In this document: positions 8,449-17,900 of the stretch, piece after piece
Layout of the letters: every line of letters begins with the position of its first letter
Numbering within the stretch: position 1 is the first letter of the stretch
DNA from: Chloroflexota bacterium
GTDB taxonomy: Bacteria; Chloroflexota; Limnocylindria; QHBO01
Assembly (NCBI GenBank): GCA_025937875.1
Contig: JAICQM010000001.1
Coordinates: 1 to 47,991 of the forward strand
Direction of reading: 5' to 3'
Length of the DNA stretch: 47,991 nucleotides
Notes under the pieces: model-generated
What the model saw: the letters and a program-made list of their open reading frames with translations, nothing else
What the model was told of the DNA's origin: nothing
Database searches by the model: none
Translations under genes and position numbers: made by a program

Positions 8449-8954
8449 TCGGCGTCCTTCGTCTCAGGCGCTGCGGCCTCCGCGGCGTCCGCCTCGGGAG
8501 CCTCCGCGGATTCGATCTCGTTGGTGGCGGGCGCCGCGGCCGCCTCGGCCTCGGCGGGCGCCTCGGCTGCCTCCGCCTCGGCCGGTATCTCGTCCGCAAC
8601 GGCGGTCGCGGCCGGCACGGCGCTCGGAGCGGCCTCGGCCTTGGGCGCCTTGGCCTTCTTGCGCGGGGCCGCCGCCTTCTTCGGCGCCGCGCTGACCGGG
8701 AGCGGGGGCACGCCGGGGATGCCGGCCTGCCGCATCAGCCTGACGACGGTGTCGGACGGCGTCGCGCCGTTGTCCATCCACGACTTCAGGCGCTCCGCGT
8801 CGATCTGGACGGTCGCCGGATCGGTGAGCGGATCGTAGAAGCCCAGGATCTCCAGGGCACGGCCGTCCCGGGAGCGGCGGCTGTCAATGGCGACCACGCG
8901 GTAGCTGGGGCGCTTGGTGGCACCCACGCGCGTGAGTCGGATCCGTACTGCCAA
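8445..8954 (-). CDS. rpsP: 30S ribosomal protein S16 with an Ala/Glu/Lys-rich C-terminal extension
   Basis: The MAVRIRLTRVGATKRPSYRVVAIDSRRSRDGRALEILGFYDP core. TTG start at 8954 with AGAGGA 7 nt upstream. Confidence 0.95.
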   Translation of the reverse strand: MAVRIRLTRVGATKRPSYRVVAIDSRRSRDGRALEILGFYDPLTDPATVQIDAERLKSWMDNGATPSDTVVRLMRQAGIPGVPPLPVSAAPKKAAAPRKKAKAPKAEAAPSAVPAATAVADEIPAEAEAAEAPAEAEAAAAPATNEIESAEAPEADAAEAAAPETKDAE

Positions 8955-9002
8955 AGGTGATTCCTCTCTGTGGTTCGTTGTCGTCGCTGCGTCCGCTGAA
9001 GG

Positions 9003-10568
9003 CTAGCGGATCGTCAGCGTGGCGTGAAATTCGAAGCGATCGGGTCGTGAGGGCGTCGTCAGGGCAAATGCCTCGACGTGGGCCAGGATGTCGCGGGCCT
9101 CGGCCGGCAGCTGATCGCCCGCCTCGTCGAGGAGGAGCGGGACGAATGCGCCGAGGTCGACGAACAGCTCGGTGCCGCCGCGGTCCGCGGCACCGAAGGC
9201 GGACCGATAGGCCTCGCTGTTGCCGAGCGTGGTCGCGGCCGCGCTGGCCTCGAGTGCCGCGCTGACCTCGTCGGGGGTGAGCCCCATGATGATGATCTCG
9301 TCGGCGACCGCCCACGCCACGGTGCCGAGCTCGGGCACGTCGATCGTCACCAGCTCGCTGCCCTCGACCTCGGTCCGGTCGGCCGACGAGCCGCGCGATT
9401 CGAGCGCCTCGACCACGCGATCAAGGGCCGCCGCGCCGGCGGCGGCATCGGTCGGGCGCAGGACCAGCACGCCGCCCGGCGTGCCGTCGGCGATGCCACT
9501 GACGGCCACGCCGACCTCGCCGTCGACGAGCGGCAGCAGGTCGTTGTCGATGTCGATCCCGAGACCGAACCCCGCCAGGACCCGCAGTTGGTTGATGGTG
9601 GCCGCCACGTCCGGGCTCTGCTCGTCGAGCTCCTCCTCGGTCCGCTCGAGCGCCGCGCGCAGGTTGAACATCACGAACGAAAGCTCGGTGTCGGCCGGCA
9701 TGGCGCCGGTGACCTGTGGCGCCGCGGCGCCGGCGGCCAACGCGTCGCGCACCTCGGCCCCGACGCTCTCCGGGTCGACGGGGAGCTGGCCGACCAACCG
9801 GAAGCCGGCCTCCTCGGCGAGGAGGGCCATTGCGAAGGTGCTGAAGCCGGCCATGTCGGCCGCGGCATCGGCATCGATCGGGGCGGCGGCGGCGACCTGT
9901 TGCAGGTCGATCCACATTGCCGCGAGGTGGTCGGCGGGCAGGGTGCGCATGGCGTCGGCGAATGCCGGCAGGTCGCTGAGCGCATCGGATCGGTCCTGCG
10001 CCACGTCGATGGCGACGCGGACGCGGTCCGGGGTCTCGGCCGCGACGAGCATCCCGTCGACGATGGCGTAGGTGCCCTGCTCGGAGGTGGTGAGCGTCAG
10101 CCCCTGGTAGGTCTCCTGGCTGGGGCTGGCCTCCCCGGGCAGCAGCGACTCGAGGCCGGCGGCCGCGGCGGCGGTGTCCTTCACGTCGGCGATGACGACC
10201 AGATCGGTCGGCTCACCGGATGCATCGACGCCGCCGGCCGCGATCGAGACCTGGTTGCCGAGCCACGGCTTCACGTCGGCGCGGTAGTCGACGCCCGCCT
10301 CGCCGAAGAAGCGCTGCGCGAGCTCGTCGATCTTGGTGTCGAGCGCCGCGGTGTCCTCGAAGCCCGGCAGCCGCGAGAGGATGCCGGCCAGCTGCGCTTG
10401 CTGGCCGGCCGATGGCTGGAGGTAGGCGGTGGCGTAGAAGGCCGTGCTCGCCGGTGCCAGGCCGGCGGCGCGATCGGCCGTGATGCCACCGACGAGCGCG
10501 TAGAAGCCGACCACGCCGACCCCGACCGCGGTGAGCAGGGAGGTGAGGGCGATGACGAGTCGATGCAT
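9003..10568 (-). CDS. membrane-anchored hypothetical protein, DUF3352-like
   Basis: N-terminal TM helix (LVIALTSLLTAVGVGVVGFYAL), then YATAYLQPSAGQ...DVKPWLGNQVSIA, which resembles the DUF3352 family from memory. No catalytic motif recognised. Confidence 0.6.
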   Translation of the reverse strand: MHRLVIALTSLLTAVGVGVVGFYALVGGITADRAAGLAPASTAFYATAYLQPSAGQQAQLAGILSRLPGFEDTAALDTKIDELAQRFFGEAGVDYRADVKPWLGNQVSIAAGGVDASGEPTDLVVIADVKDTAAAAAGLESLLPGEASPSQETYQGLTLTTSEQGTYAIVDGMLVAAETPDRVRVAIDVAQDRSDALSDLPAFADAMRTLPADHLAAMWIDLQQVAAAAPIDADAAADMAGFSTFAMALLAEEAGFRLVGQLPVDPESVGAEVRDALAAGAAAPQVTGAMPADTELSFVMFNLRAALERTEEELDEQSPDVAATINQLRVLAGFGLGIDIDNDLLPLVDGEVGVAVSGIADGTPGGVLVLRPTDAAAGAAALDRVVEALESRGSSADRTEVEGSELVTIDVPELGTVAWAVADEIIIMGLTPDEVSAALEASAAATTLGNSEAYRSAFGAADRGGTELFVDLGAFVPLLLDEAGDQLPAEARDILAHVEAFALTTPSRPDRFEFHATLTIR

Positions 10569-10583
10569 GGGTGCAGCGGGCGC

Positions 10584-11927
10584 CTAGCGCCCGAAGATGC
10601 CTCGCATCCCGCCGCCGGGCATGCCCGGGAAGCGGCCGCTGCTCAGCGATTTCATCATCTTCTGCATCTCGGTGAACTGCTTCAGGAGGCGGTTCACGTC
10701 CGAGGGCTGCGTCCCGCTGCCGAGCGCGATGCGCCGTCGGCGCGAGGCCTTGATGAGTTCGGGGCGGCGGCGCTCGGACGGCGTCATGGAGTCGATGATG
10801 GCTTCGATCCGCTTCAGCTGCCCGTCGTCGACCGCCTGCTGCGCCGCGCCCGCCATCTGCCCGGCGCCGGGGATCATCTGTAGCACCTGGCCGATGGGGC
10901 CCATCTTCTTGATCTGCGTCAGCTGGCTGCGGAAGTCCTCGAGGGTGAAGCGCTGCTCCATCATCCGCTGCGCGACGCGCTCGGCCTCCTCGGTATCGAC
11001 CGTCTCCTGCACGCGCTCGACCAGTGACAGGACGTCGCCCATGCCCAGGATCCGCTGGGCAAGGCGGTCGGGATGGAACGGCTCGAGCCCGTCGGTGCGC
11101 TCGCCGGTGCCGATGAACGCGACCGGCAGGCCGGTCACGCTGCGGATACCGAGCGCCGCGCCACCGCGCGCGTCGCCATCCATCTTGGTCAGGACCAGGG
11201 CTGACAGCGGCAGCCGGGCGTGGAATGCCTCGGCGACGTTGACCGCTTCCTGCCCGGTCATGGCGTCGACGACGAGCAGCGTGTCCGACGGCGTCACGGC
11301 GCCACTGATCCGCACCAGCTCGTCCATCATCGCCTCGTCGACGTGGAGGCGGCCGGCCGTGTCGAGAATCATCACGTCGGCGCCCTTGCTGCGGGCGACC
11401 TCGAGGCCCGAGCGCGCGACTTCCAGCGCCGGCGTTCCGACCGGGCGGCTGTGGACCTCGACGCCGATCTGGTCACCGAGCTGGACGATCTGGTCGACCG
11501 CCGCGGGCCGGTAGACATCGGCTGCCACGAGGAGGGGCTTGCGGCCCTCCTTGCGCAGGCGAACCGCGAGCTTGGCCGCGGTGGTCGTCTTGCCCGAGCC
11601 CTGGAGGCCGACCAGCATGACGACCGCGGGCTTGGTTCCGAGCTGGAGCTGGTGCCGCTCTCCGCCAAGGGTCGCGACCAGCTCGTCGTGAACGACCTTG
11701 ACCACCTGGTGCCCCGCGTTCAGCCCGGAGAGCACCTCGAGGCCCAGCGCGCGCGCGCGGACGCGGGTCACGAAGTCCTTGACGACCTTGAAGTTGACGT
11801 CCGCCTCCAGCAGGGCAAGACGGATCTCGCGCAGGGCGACATCGAGGTCGGCCTCGGTGATACGGGCCTTGCCGCGCAGGCGCTCGGTGACCGCCTGCAG
11901 GCGTGCGGAGAGGGATTCGAACATCAA
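10584..11927 (-). CDS. ffh: signal recognition particle protein
   Basis: GLQGSGKTTTAAKLA, DTAGRL, and a Met-rich M domain at the C-terminus. Confidence 0.97.
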   Translation of the reverse strand: MMFESLSARLQAVTERLRGKARITEADLDVALREIRLALLEADVNFKVVKDFVTRVRARALGLEVLSGLNAGHQVVKVVHDELVATLGGERHQLQLGTKPAVVMLVGLQGSGKTTTAAKLAVRLRKEGRKPLLVAADVYRPAAVDQIVQLGDQIGVEVHSRPVGTPALEVARSGLEVARSKGADVMILDTAGRLHVDEAMMDELVRISGAVTPSDTLLVVDAMTGQEAVNVAEAFHARLPLSALVLTKMDGDARGGAALGIRSVTGLPVAFIGTGERTDGLEPFHPDRLAQRILGMGDVLSLVERVQETVDTEEAERVAQRMMEQRFTLEDFRSQLTQIKKMGPIGQVLQMIPGAGQMAGAAQQAVDDGQLKRIEAIIDSMTPSERRRPELIKASRRRRIALGSGTQPSDVNRLLKQFTEMQKMMKSLSSGRFPGMPGGGMRGIFGR

Positions 11928-11998
11928 TGGACCGATGCGGGGGTCGCGCGCTCGCTCGCAGGGCGGCGCGTCAAACGGTCGCCCATTCTAGCGCACGC

Positions 11999-13006
11999 TC
12001 ACGCGGCGAACAGCCACTCCACATAGGCCGCCGGATCGAATGGCGCGAGGGCGTCGATCTCCTCCCCCACGCCGGCGAAGACGATCGGCACCCCCAGGCG
12101 ATCGGCAACCGCCACCGCCACGCCACCCTTGGCCGAGCCGTCGAGCTTGGTGAGCACGATGCCGGTCACGCCCGCTTCGCGGCTGAACGCCTCCGCCTGG
12201 AGCAACCCGTTCTGCCCGGTGGTGGCGTCGAGAACGAGCAGCACGTGCCGTGGCTGGCCCGCCTGCCGGCGCTCGATGACGGTTCGGATCTTGGCCAGCT
12301 CGGCCATGAGCTGCGTCTTGTTCTGGAGCCTCCCGGCGGTGTCGACCAGCACCGCGTCCAGCCCGCGCGACTCGGCGGCGGCAACGGCGTCGAACGCGAC
12401 CGCGCCCGGATCGGCGCCGGCGCGCTGCGCGATGACGGGCACCCCCACCTGCTCACCCCAGATGCGCAGCTGCTCGATCGCCGCCGCGCGGAAGGTGTCG
12501 GCGGCAGCGAGTGCCACGTTGCGGCCCTCGTTGCGCAGCCGCCAGGCCAGCTTGCCGATCGTCGTGGTCTTGCCGGTGCCGTTCACGCCGACGAAGAGAA
12601 TGATCGCCGGCGCCGGGCCCAGCTCGAAGATCCCCGAGCCGGCCGCGTCCAGCCGGGCGCGGACCTCGTCGGCCAGGGCGCGCCGCACGTCGTCACCGCT
12701 CCGTCCGCCGCCCGCGCGCAGGCGCTGGCGGGCGGCCTCGACGAGGTCGAGCGTCGTGGTCGCCCCCACGTCGGCGGCGATCAGCGCCTCCTCCACCTCG
12801 TCCCAGGTGGCTTCGGTGGCGGGAGCGCCGACACCGAGGATCGACCGCAGCCGCGACCCCAGGCCAGAGGGACGGGCGCGCAGCCCCATGCCTGCCATCC
12901 CGGTCGCGGCGCGTGCCGGCCGCGGGACCGTGGTCGGGACCGGCTCCGCGTCGGCCGCGTCGGCCTGCGCGGGGTCGGTTTGGGGCTCGGTACGCCGCCG
13001 GAACAT
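11999..13006 (-). CDS. ftsY: signal recognition particle receptor
   Basis: [34 protein letters not shown]. Confidence 0.95.
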   Translation of the reverse strand: MFRRRTEPQTDPAQADAADAEPVPTTVPRPARAATGMAGMGLRARPSGLGSRLRSILGVGAPATEATWDEVEEALIAADVGATTTLDLVEAARQRLRAGGGRSGDDVRRALADEVRARLDAAGSGIFELGPAPAIILFVGVNGTGKTTTIGKLAWRLRNEGRNVALAAADTFRAAAIEQLRIWGEQVGVPVIAQRAGADPGAVAFDAVAAAESRGLDAVLVDTAGRLQNKTQLMAELAKIRTVIERRQAGQPRHVLLVLDATTGQNGLLQAEAFSREAGVTGIVLTKLDGSAKGGVAVAVADRLGVPIVFAGVGEEIDALAPFDPAAYVEWLFAA

Positions 13007-16000
13007 CAGGCGCTGACCTCGGCCGGGACGTCGGCCAGCCGCAGCGAGAGGACTGACGACACCGCTGCATCGGTCATGGTGACCCCGTAGATCGTGTCGG
13101 CCACCTCGATCGTGGCACGGTTGTGGGTGATCACCACGAAGTCGATCGACTCGCTCAGCTTGCGGAGCGCATCGGCGAAGCGGCCGATGTTGGCCTCGTC
13201 AAGTGCGGCGTCGACCTCGTCGAGGATGCAGAACGGCACCGGGTTGACGCTGAGCATGGCGAACAGGAGCGCCACCCCGGCCAGCGCCCGCTCCCCGCCG
13301 GAGAGCATCGCCAGGCGCTGGAGCCGCTTGCCGGGCGGTCGTACCACGATCTCGATCCCGCCCGGTGCCTCGCCGTCCTCGCCGTCGGACAGCTGGAGGG
13401 ATGCTGACCCGCCGGCGAAGAGAAGCTGGCAGAACTCGTCGAAGCGGGTCGCGATCTGGGCGAAGGCAGTGTTGAACCGCTCGGTGATCTCGACGTCGAG
13501 AGTGGCGATCAGCTCATCGGTGGCGGCGATCGCCCCGCCCAGGTCGGTCTCCTGCGCGGTCAGCCCGTCCAGCCGCTCGGAGAGCTCGCGATGCTCCTCC
13601 ACCGCGAATGGGTTGACCGATCCGATCTGGCCCAGCGTGCGGCGCACGCGGCGCAGCTCGGCCTCCAGCGCGGCGTCGTCGAGGGCCGCCATGTCGCCAG
13701 CGCCGGCCTCCTCCCCGTCCGGCGCCGGCTCGTCGGGGATACCCTCGAGAGCCAGCTCGCGCTCGCGGTTGGCGGCGGCGAGCGCGTCCTCGGCGCGTGA
13801 GGCGGCGATCGCGGTGGCCTGTGCGGCACGCTCCAGCTCGGCGACCTGCGCAGCCGCCCCGCCCGTCCCACGCTCGAGCTCCATCAGGTCGCGACGGCGA
13901 GCCTCACGCGCCGTGTCGGCGGCGCGCTGGGCCTCGGCAGCCGCCACGTCGGCGGAGCGTGCCTCCTCTACGGCACTCATGGCGACGGTCACCTGCGCCT
14001 CGAGACCCTCGTGCGTGGCACGTTGCCCGGGCAATGTGGCCTCGAGCGCCGCCAGGCGTCCCTCGAGGATCGCCCGTTCCCCTCGCCGGCCGGCGCTCCG
14101 CGCCTCGGCTTCCTGGGCCGCTGCCCGCGCCGCCTGCCAGGCGTCGCGCGCAGCATCACGGCGTGACGCGGCCGCGTCGCGCGCTGCTCGCGCCTCGACC
14201 GCGGCGTCGGCCAGCCCGGCCAGGTCTTGGCCCGCCGGGGTCGCCGACTCCATCGGGGGCCGGGAGGCGGTCTCGGCGGTTGTCTCCTCATCGATGCGTC
14301 GGAGGCGCTCGCGCTCGTCGGCGGTCCGAGTCGCCGCGGCAGTGGTGGTCGCGAGCGTCGCAGCGGCTGTCCGGTGCGCCTCCTCCGCCGCCCGCAGCGC
14401 CTCGGCTGCCTCATCGCGCTTCGTGATCCCTCGCCCGTGCTCCGCCGCCGCCGCGGTCGCCGCAGCCCGTGCCGCTTCGGCCTGCGGGCGCAGCGTCGCC
14501 AGCTCATCGGTCAGCGCTCGACTCCGGGCGTGCTGGCGGGCGGCCGCGTCGGCGTGTGGGTCCCGGCGCCCTCGAACGGAGACGACGCCCCGGCCGTCGG
14601 CCACGTCGCCCGTCTCGGTCACCGCGACCCAACCGGCGGGCAGATCCCGCCAGCCCTCGAGGAGGTGGCCGAGGCTGGGAGCGATGACGACGCGGGCCAA
14701 GGCCAAGGGCAGGTCACTGGTCCCCAGGAGATCCGTCAGTGGCTGCGTCCCACCGACCGCGCGCAGTGCGGCGTCGCGCTCTGCTGGGTCCGCGGAGCCA
14801 AGCGCCAGGAGCCGCGCCACGCCGGCCGTGGCGTCGGCTGCCGAACTGGGGTCGTCACCGTCCCATAGGAGGGCGTCGACGAGCTCGCCGCCGAGCACCG
14901 CTTCGAGGGCGGCCCACACCTCCCGTGGCGGGTCGAGATGGTCGACCAGGCCCCGCCAGCCGGCAGCCATCAACGCGGGTGCCAGGCGATCGCCCTGGGC
15001 GGCGCGATCCGCGAGCGTCGCGAGCTCGGACTCGGCCATCCGGATCCGCTGCTCGAGCTGCTCGGCCTGCTGGGTGGCGACCTCGGCGTCCCGCGCCGCC
15101 TTCGCCACGCGCTCCTCGGCGGCGGCCACCTGTGCGCGCGCCGTGCCCAACGCATCGGCTGCAGTGCTTTCCGCCGCGCGCGCCACGTCAACCGCCTGGT
15201 GCGCGGCCGTGGCTGCCGACTCGGCCTCGGCCAGCTCGGCGGCCACGCGGCTGCGACGCTCGTCCAGCGCCGCCTGACGCTCCGCCAGCCTGGCCGTTGC
15301 CGCGAGCTCGTCGGCCTGCGCGCCGCGCGCACGTGAAAGCTCCTCCTCGGCCTCGAGCAACGTCGCATCGGCGGCCGCCAGCGCGGTGATCGCCTCCTGC
15401 CAGGCTGCCTCGGCCGCGCGGGAGGCGCCGATGGCAGGGGCGATCTCCTCTTCCATGGCGTCGGGGTCGTCGAGACCGGCCAGCGCCGATCGTGCCTCGG
15501 CCACGGCCCGCTCACCCGACTCGAGCGCGCTGACCAGCTCGGCGAGCCGGGCGGCGAGGCTCTCGGCCCGTCCCTCGGCGCGGATCAGCGCCTCTCGCGT
15601 CCCGGCGCGGCGCTCTCCTGCCCGGCGGGCCGCCGCCTCGCTCTCCCAGTAGGCGGATTCCGCGCGTCCGACCGCCTCGCGACTTGCGGCCTGCTCGACG
15701 CGGTGGGCTTCCAGCGCGGCCTCTGCGGCCGCCGCCGCGCGCCGGGCCTCGCCGAGCGCGGAGCGGCGCTCGCTCTCGCGGCGACGGTGCAGCTCGACCA
15801 CCAGTGCCCGCGCGCGGCGGCCGAACGTGGCGTGCTCCTGCTGATGCTGTGCCTGCAGCGCCAGGCGTCGCACCTGCGGCTTGAGCTCGGCGACGAGGTC
15901 GGCAATACGGGTGAGGTTGTCGCGGGCCCGCGCCAACCGTCCCAATGCCTCGTTCTTACGGACCTGGAGCGACTTGACGCCGGCCGCGTCCTCGAAGAGC

Positions 16001-16479
16001 TGGCGGCGCTCCTCGGGGCGCAGGGACAGGGCGCTGTCGACCGTGCCCTGGCCGACGACAACCAGGGCATTGGCGCCCAGCTGGCCCTCGCCGAGGAGCT
16101 CGACGATGTCGCGCAGCCTTGCCCGCGCGCCGTTGATGAGGTACTCGCTCTCGCCGGACCGATACGCACGCCGGCCAATCGAAACTTCGCCGAAGTCGAT
16201 CGGCAGCCCGCCATCGGCGTTGTCCAGGGTCAGGATCGCCTCGGCCATGCCCTGCGGGCGTCGGGCCTGCGAGCCGGCGAAGATGACGTCCTCGGCGCGT
16301 CGCGTGCGCAGGTAGCGGTTCGACTGCTCCCCGAGCACCCAGCGCACGGCATCCGCCATGTTGCTCTTGCCCGACCCGTTGGGGCCGATCACCGCGTTGA
16401 CGCCGGGCTCGAAGACGAACCGCGTGGGGTCGGCGAAGGATTTGAAGCCATGGAGCCGCAGCTCCTTCAGACGGCTCAC
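13006..16479 (-). CDS. smc: chromosome segregation protein SMC
   Basis: N-terminal Walker A GPNGSGKSN, long Ala-rich coiled coils with a central hinge, and C-terminal LSGGERALAGVALLFA plus CILDEVDAALD. Confidence 0.97.
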   Translation of the reverse strand: MSRLKELRLHGFKSFADPTRFVFEPGVNAVIGPNGSGKSNMADAVRWVLGEQSNRYLRTRRAEDVIFAGSQARRPQGMAEAILTLDNADGGLPIDFGEVSIGRRAYRSGESEYLINGARARLRDIVELLGEGQLGANALVVVGQGTVDSALSLRPEERRQLFEDAAGVKSLQVRKNEALGRLARARDNLTRIADLVAELKPQVRRLALQAQHQQEHATFGRRARALVVELHRRRESERRSALGEARRAAAAAEAALEAHRVEQAASREAVGRAESAYWESEAAARRAGERRAGTREALIRAEGRAESLAARLAELVSALESGERAVAEARSALAGLDDPDAMEEEIAPAIGASRAAEAAWQEAITALAAADATLLEAEEELSRARGAQADELAATARLAERQAALDERRSRVAAELAEAESAATAAHQAVDVARAAESTAADALGTARAQVAAAEERVAKAARDAEVATQQAEQLEQRIRMAESELATLADRAAQGDRLAPALMAAGWRGLVDHLDPPREVWAALEAVLGGELVDALLWDGDDPSSAADATAGVARLLALGSADPAERDAALRAVGGTQPLTDLLGTSDLPLALARVVIAPSLGHLLEGWRDLPAGWVAVTETGDVADGRGVVSVRGRRDPHADAAARQHARSRALTDELATLRPQAEAARAAATAAAAEHGRGITKRDEAAEALRAAEEAHRTAAATLATTTAAATRTADERERLRRIDEETTAETASRPPMESATPAGQDLAGLADAAVEARAARDAAASRRDAARDAWQAARAAAQEAEARSAGRRGERAILEGRLAALEATLPGQRATHEGLEAQVTVAMSAVEEARSADVAAAEAQRAADTAREARRRDLMELERGTGGAAAQVAELERAAQATAIAASRAEDALAAANRERELALEGIPDEPAPDGEEAGAGDMAALDDAALEAELRRVRRTLGQIGSVNPFAVEEHRELSERLDGLTAQETDLGGAIAATDELIATLDVEITERFNTAFAQIATRFDEFCQLLFAGGSASLQLSDGEDGEAPGGIEIVVRPPGKRLQRLAMLSGGERALAGVALLFAMLSVNPVPFCILDEVDAALDEANIGRFADALRKLSESIDFVVITHNRATIEVADTIYGVTMTDAAVSSVLSLRLADVPAEVSA

Positions 16480-17192
16480 GAGGGCGGACCGTCGAGGATG
16501 CCCAGGGCGACCTCCGCCGCCCGCTCCTCGGCCCGCTGGCGGCTCGATCCCTCGCCGACCGCCAGCTGCTCGCCACCGACCACCGCCGCCACCGTGAAGC
16601 GCTGGTCATGCGGCGGACCCGAGGTGGACAGGACCTGGTAATGCGGGCGCATGTGCCGCTGGCGCTGGCTCCACTCCTGGAGACGGCTCTTGGCGGACTT
16701 GGGCGGCTCGTCGTCCTCGCCGCGCAGGTCGAGGCGCTCTGCGAACAGGGTGCGCAGCCAGGCGCGCGTGCGCTCCAAGCCCTCGGCGAGATAGACGGCG
16801 CCGGCGACCGCCTCGAACGTGCCGGCCAGGAGCGAGGGCCGGGTGGCGCCGCCGGCATCGGCCTCGCCACGGCCCAGGAGCAGGTACCGATGCAGCCCGA
16901 GCTCCAGGGCCAGGCCGGCCAGCGCGTCGCGATTGACGAGGGCGGCGCGGCGCGCGGTCAGGAAGCCCTCGTGCTCGTCGGGATAGCGCTCGTAGAGGAG
17001 GCGGGAGACGATGAGGCCGACCACGGCGTCGCCGAGGAACTCGAGCCGCTCGTTGTGGCCGGCGGCGCTGGTCGGGTTCTCGTTGAAGTAGGAGCTGTGG
17101 ACGAATGCCTGGCGGATGGCCTCCGGATCGGTGAGCTCGATCCCGAGCTCCTCGCCGAGCCGGTCCAGGCTCGGCGGGTGGGTGCTGGCCAT
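16476..17192 (-). CDS. rnc: ribonuclease III
   Basis: The NERLEFLGDAV signature plus a C-terminal dsRBD. Overlaps smc by 4 nt. Confidence 0.95.
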   Translation of the reverse strand: MASTHPPSLDRLGEELGIELTDPEAIRQAFVHSSYFNENPTSAAGHNERLEFLGDAVVGLIVSRLLYERYPDEHEGFLTARRAALVNRDALAGLALELGLHRYLLLGRGEADAGGATRPSLLAGTFEAVAGAVYLAEGLERTRAWLRTLFAERLDLRGEDDEPPKSAKSRLQEWSQRQRHMRPHYQVLSTSGPPHDQRFTVAAVVGGEQLAVGEGSSRQRAEERAAEVALGILDGPPS

Positions 17193-17205
17193 CGCGCCTC
17201 CGGCG

Positions 17206-17448
17206 CTACTGCTGGTGCTCCTCGATGAACTCGACGGCGTCGGAGACCTTCTGGATCTTCTCGGCGTCCTCGTCCGAGATCTCCATCCCGAACTCCTCCT
17301 CGAGGCTCATGATGAGCTCGACCAGGTCGAGCGAGTCGGCGTTCAGGTCCTCGACGAACGAGGCCTGCAGGGTCACCTCTTCCTCGTCGACGCCGAGCTG
17401 CTCGACGATGATCTTCTTGAGTCGCTCGAAGGTGGTTCCGTCGGTCAC
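17206..17448 (-). CDS. acpP: acyl carrier protein
   Basis: [20 protein letters not shown] (phosphopantetheine Ser in DSLD). Trimmed to GTG 17448 (80 aa) with GGAGA about 10 nt upstream. Forms a GTGA overlap with the nusB stop. Confidence 0.94.
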   Translation of the reverse strand: MTDGTTFERLKKIIVEQLGVDEEEVTLQASFVEDLNADSLDLVELIMSLEEEFGMEISDEDAEKIQKVSDAVEFIEEHQQ

Positions 17449-17900
17449 GCTAATTCGTCTCCTGCACCCGATGATCTCGATACGCTGCCCAGGACACCGT
17501 TCACAAGCCGTCGGGCCGCGTCTCCGGCATAGATCCGGGCTAGGGAAACGGCGTCTTCGACGGTCTCCCTGACCGGGGTCGCGGCGGAGTATAGCACCTC
17601 CCAAAGAGCGCTCCGGAGGATCGCCCGCTCCACTTTTCCGAGCTCGCTGACCGGGATGGCGGGCGCCAGCCGGGCGATCTCGACGTCGAGAGCCTCACGC
17701 TCTGCCAGCACGCCGCTCACGATCTGCGCGGCATGGCCGACCACGGCGGCGGGGATCTCCTCCTCGCTCCGCATCCGCTCCAGGGCAGCGGTCGCGCTGG
17801 AGATGCCGAAGTCGGCTTCGAAGAGGGCCATCAGCGCCAGGCGGCGCGCCCGGAGGCCGGGGCGCCGAACCCCGATCCGCGGCGTCGCCATATCCGTCAT
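17445..17900 (-). CDS. nusB: transcription antitermination factor NusB
   Basis: [28 protein letters not shown] and [10 protein letters not shown] follow the NusB pattern. Start ATG 17900 forms an ATGA overlap with the plsX stop. Confidence 0.85.
   Translation of the reverse strand: MTDMATPRIGVRRPGLRARRLALMALFEADFGISSATAALERMRSEEEIPAAVVGHAAQIVSGVLAEREALDVEIARLAPAIPVSELGKVERAILRSALWEVLYSAATPVRETVEDAVSLARIYAGDAARRLVNGVLGSVSRSSGAGDELA
17588..17593 (-). promoter_or_regulatory. candidate internal -10 box (ggTGcTATACTCC) inside nusB, about 140 nt upstream of acpP
   Basis: Same extended TATACTCC motif as the intergenic promoters. Here it is encoded by the VLYS codons of nusB. Confidence 0.3.

Noticed and set aside
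13094-15277. 727-aa plus-strand ORF antisense to smc. Similar very long antisense or off-frame ORFs occur at 35755..38817, 39110..42160, 30293..33226, 21650..23644, 7191..8960, 9078..10883, 3771..5201 and 25601..27355.
   Set aside because: Their translations are Arg/Ala/Pro/Ser-rich with no motifs. They overlap genes that have unambiguous conserved products on the other strand. Long spurious ORFs are expected at this GC content.
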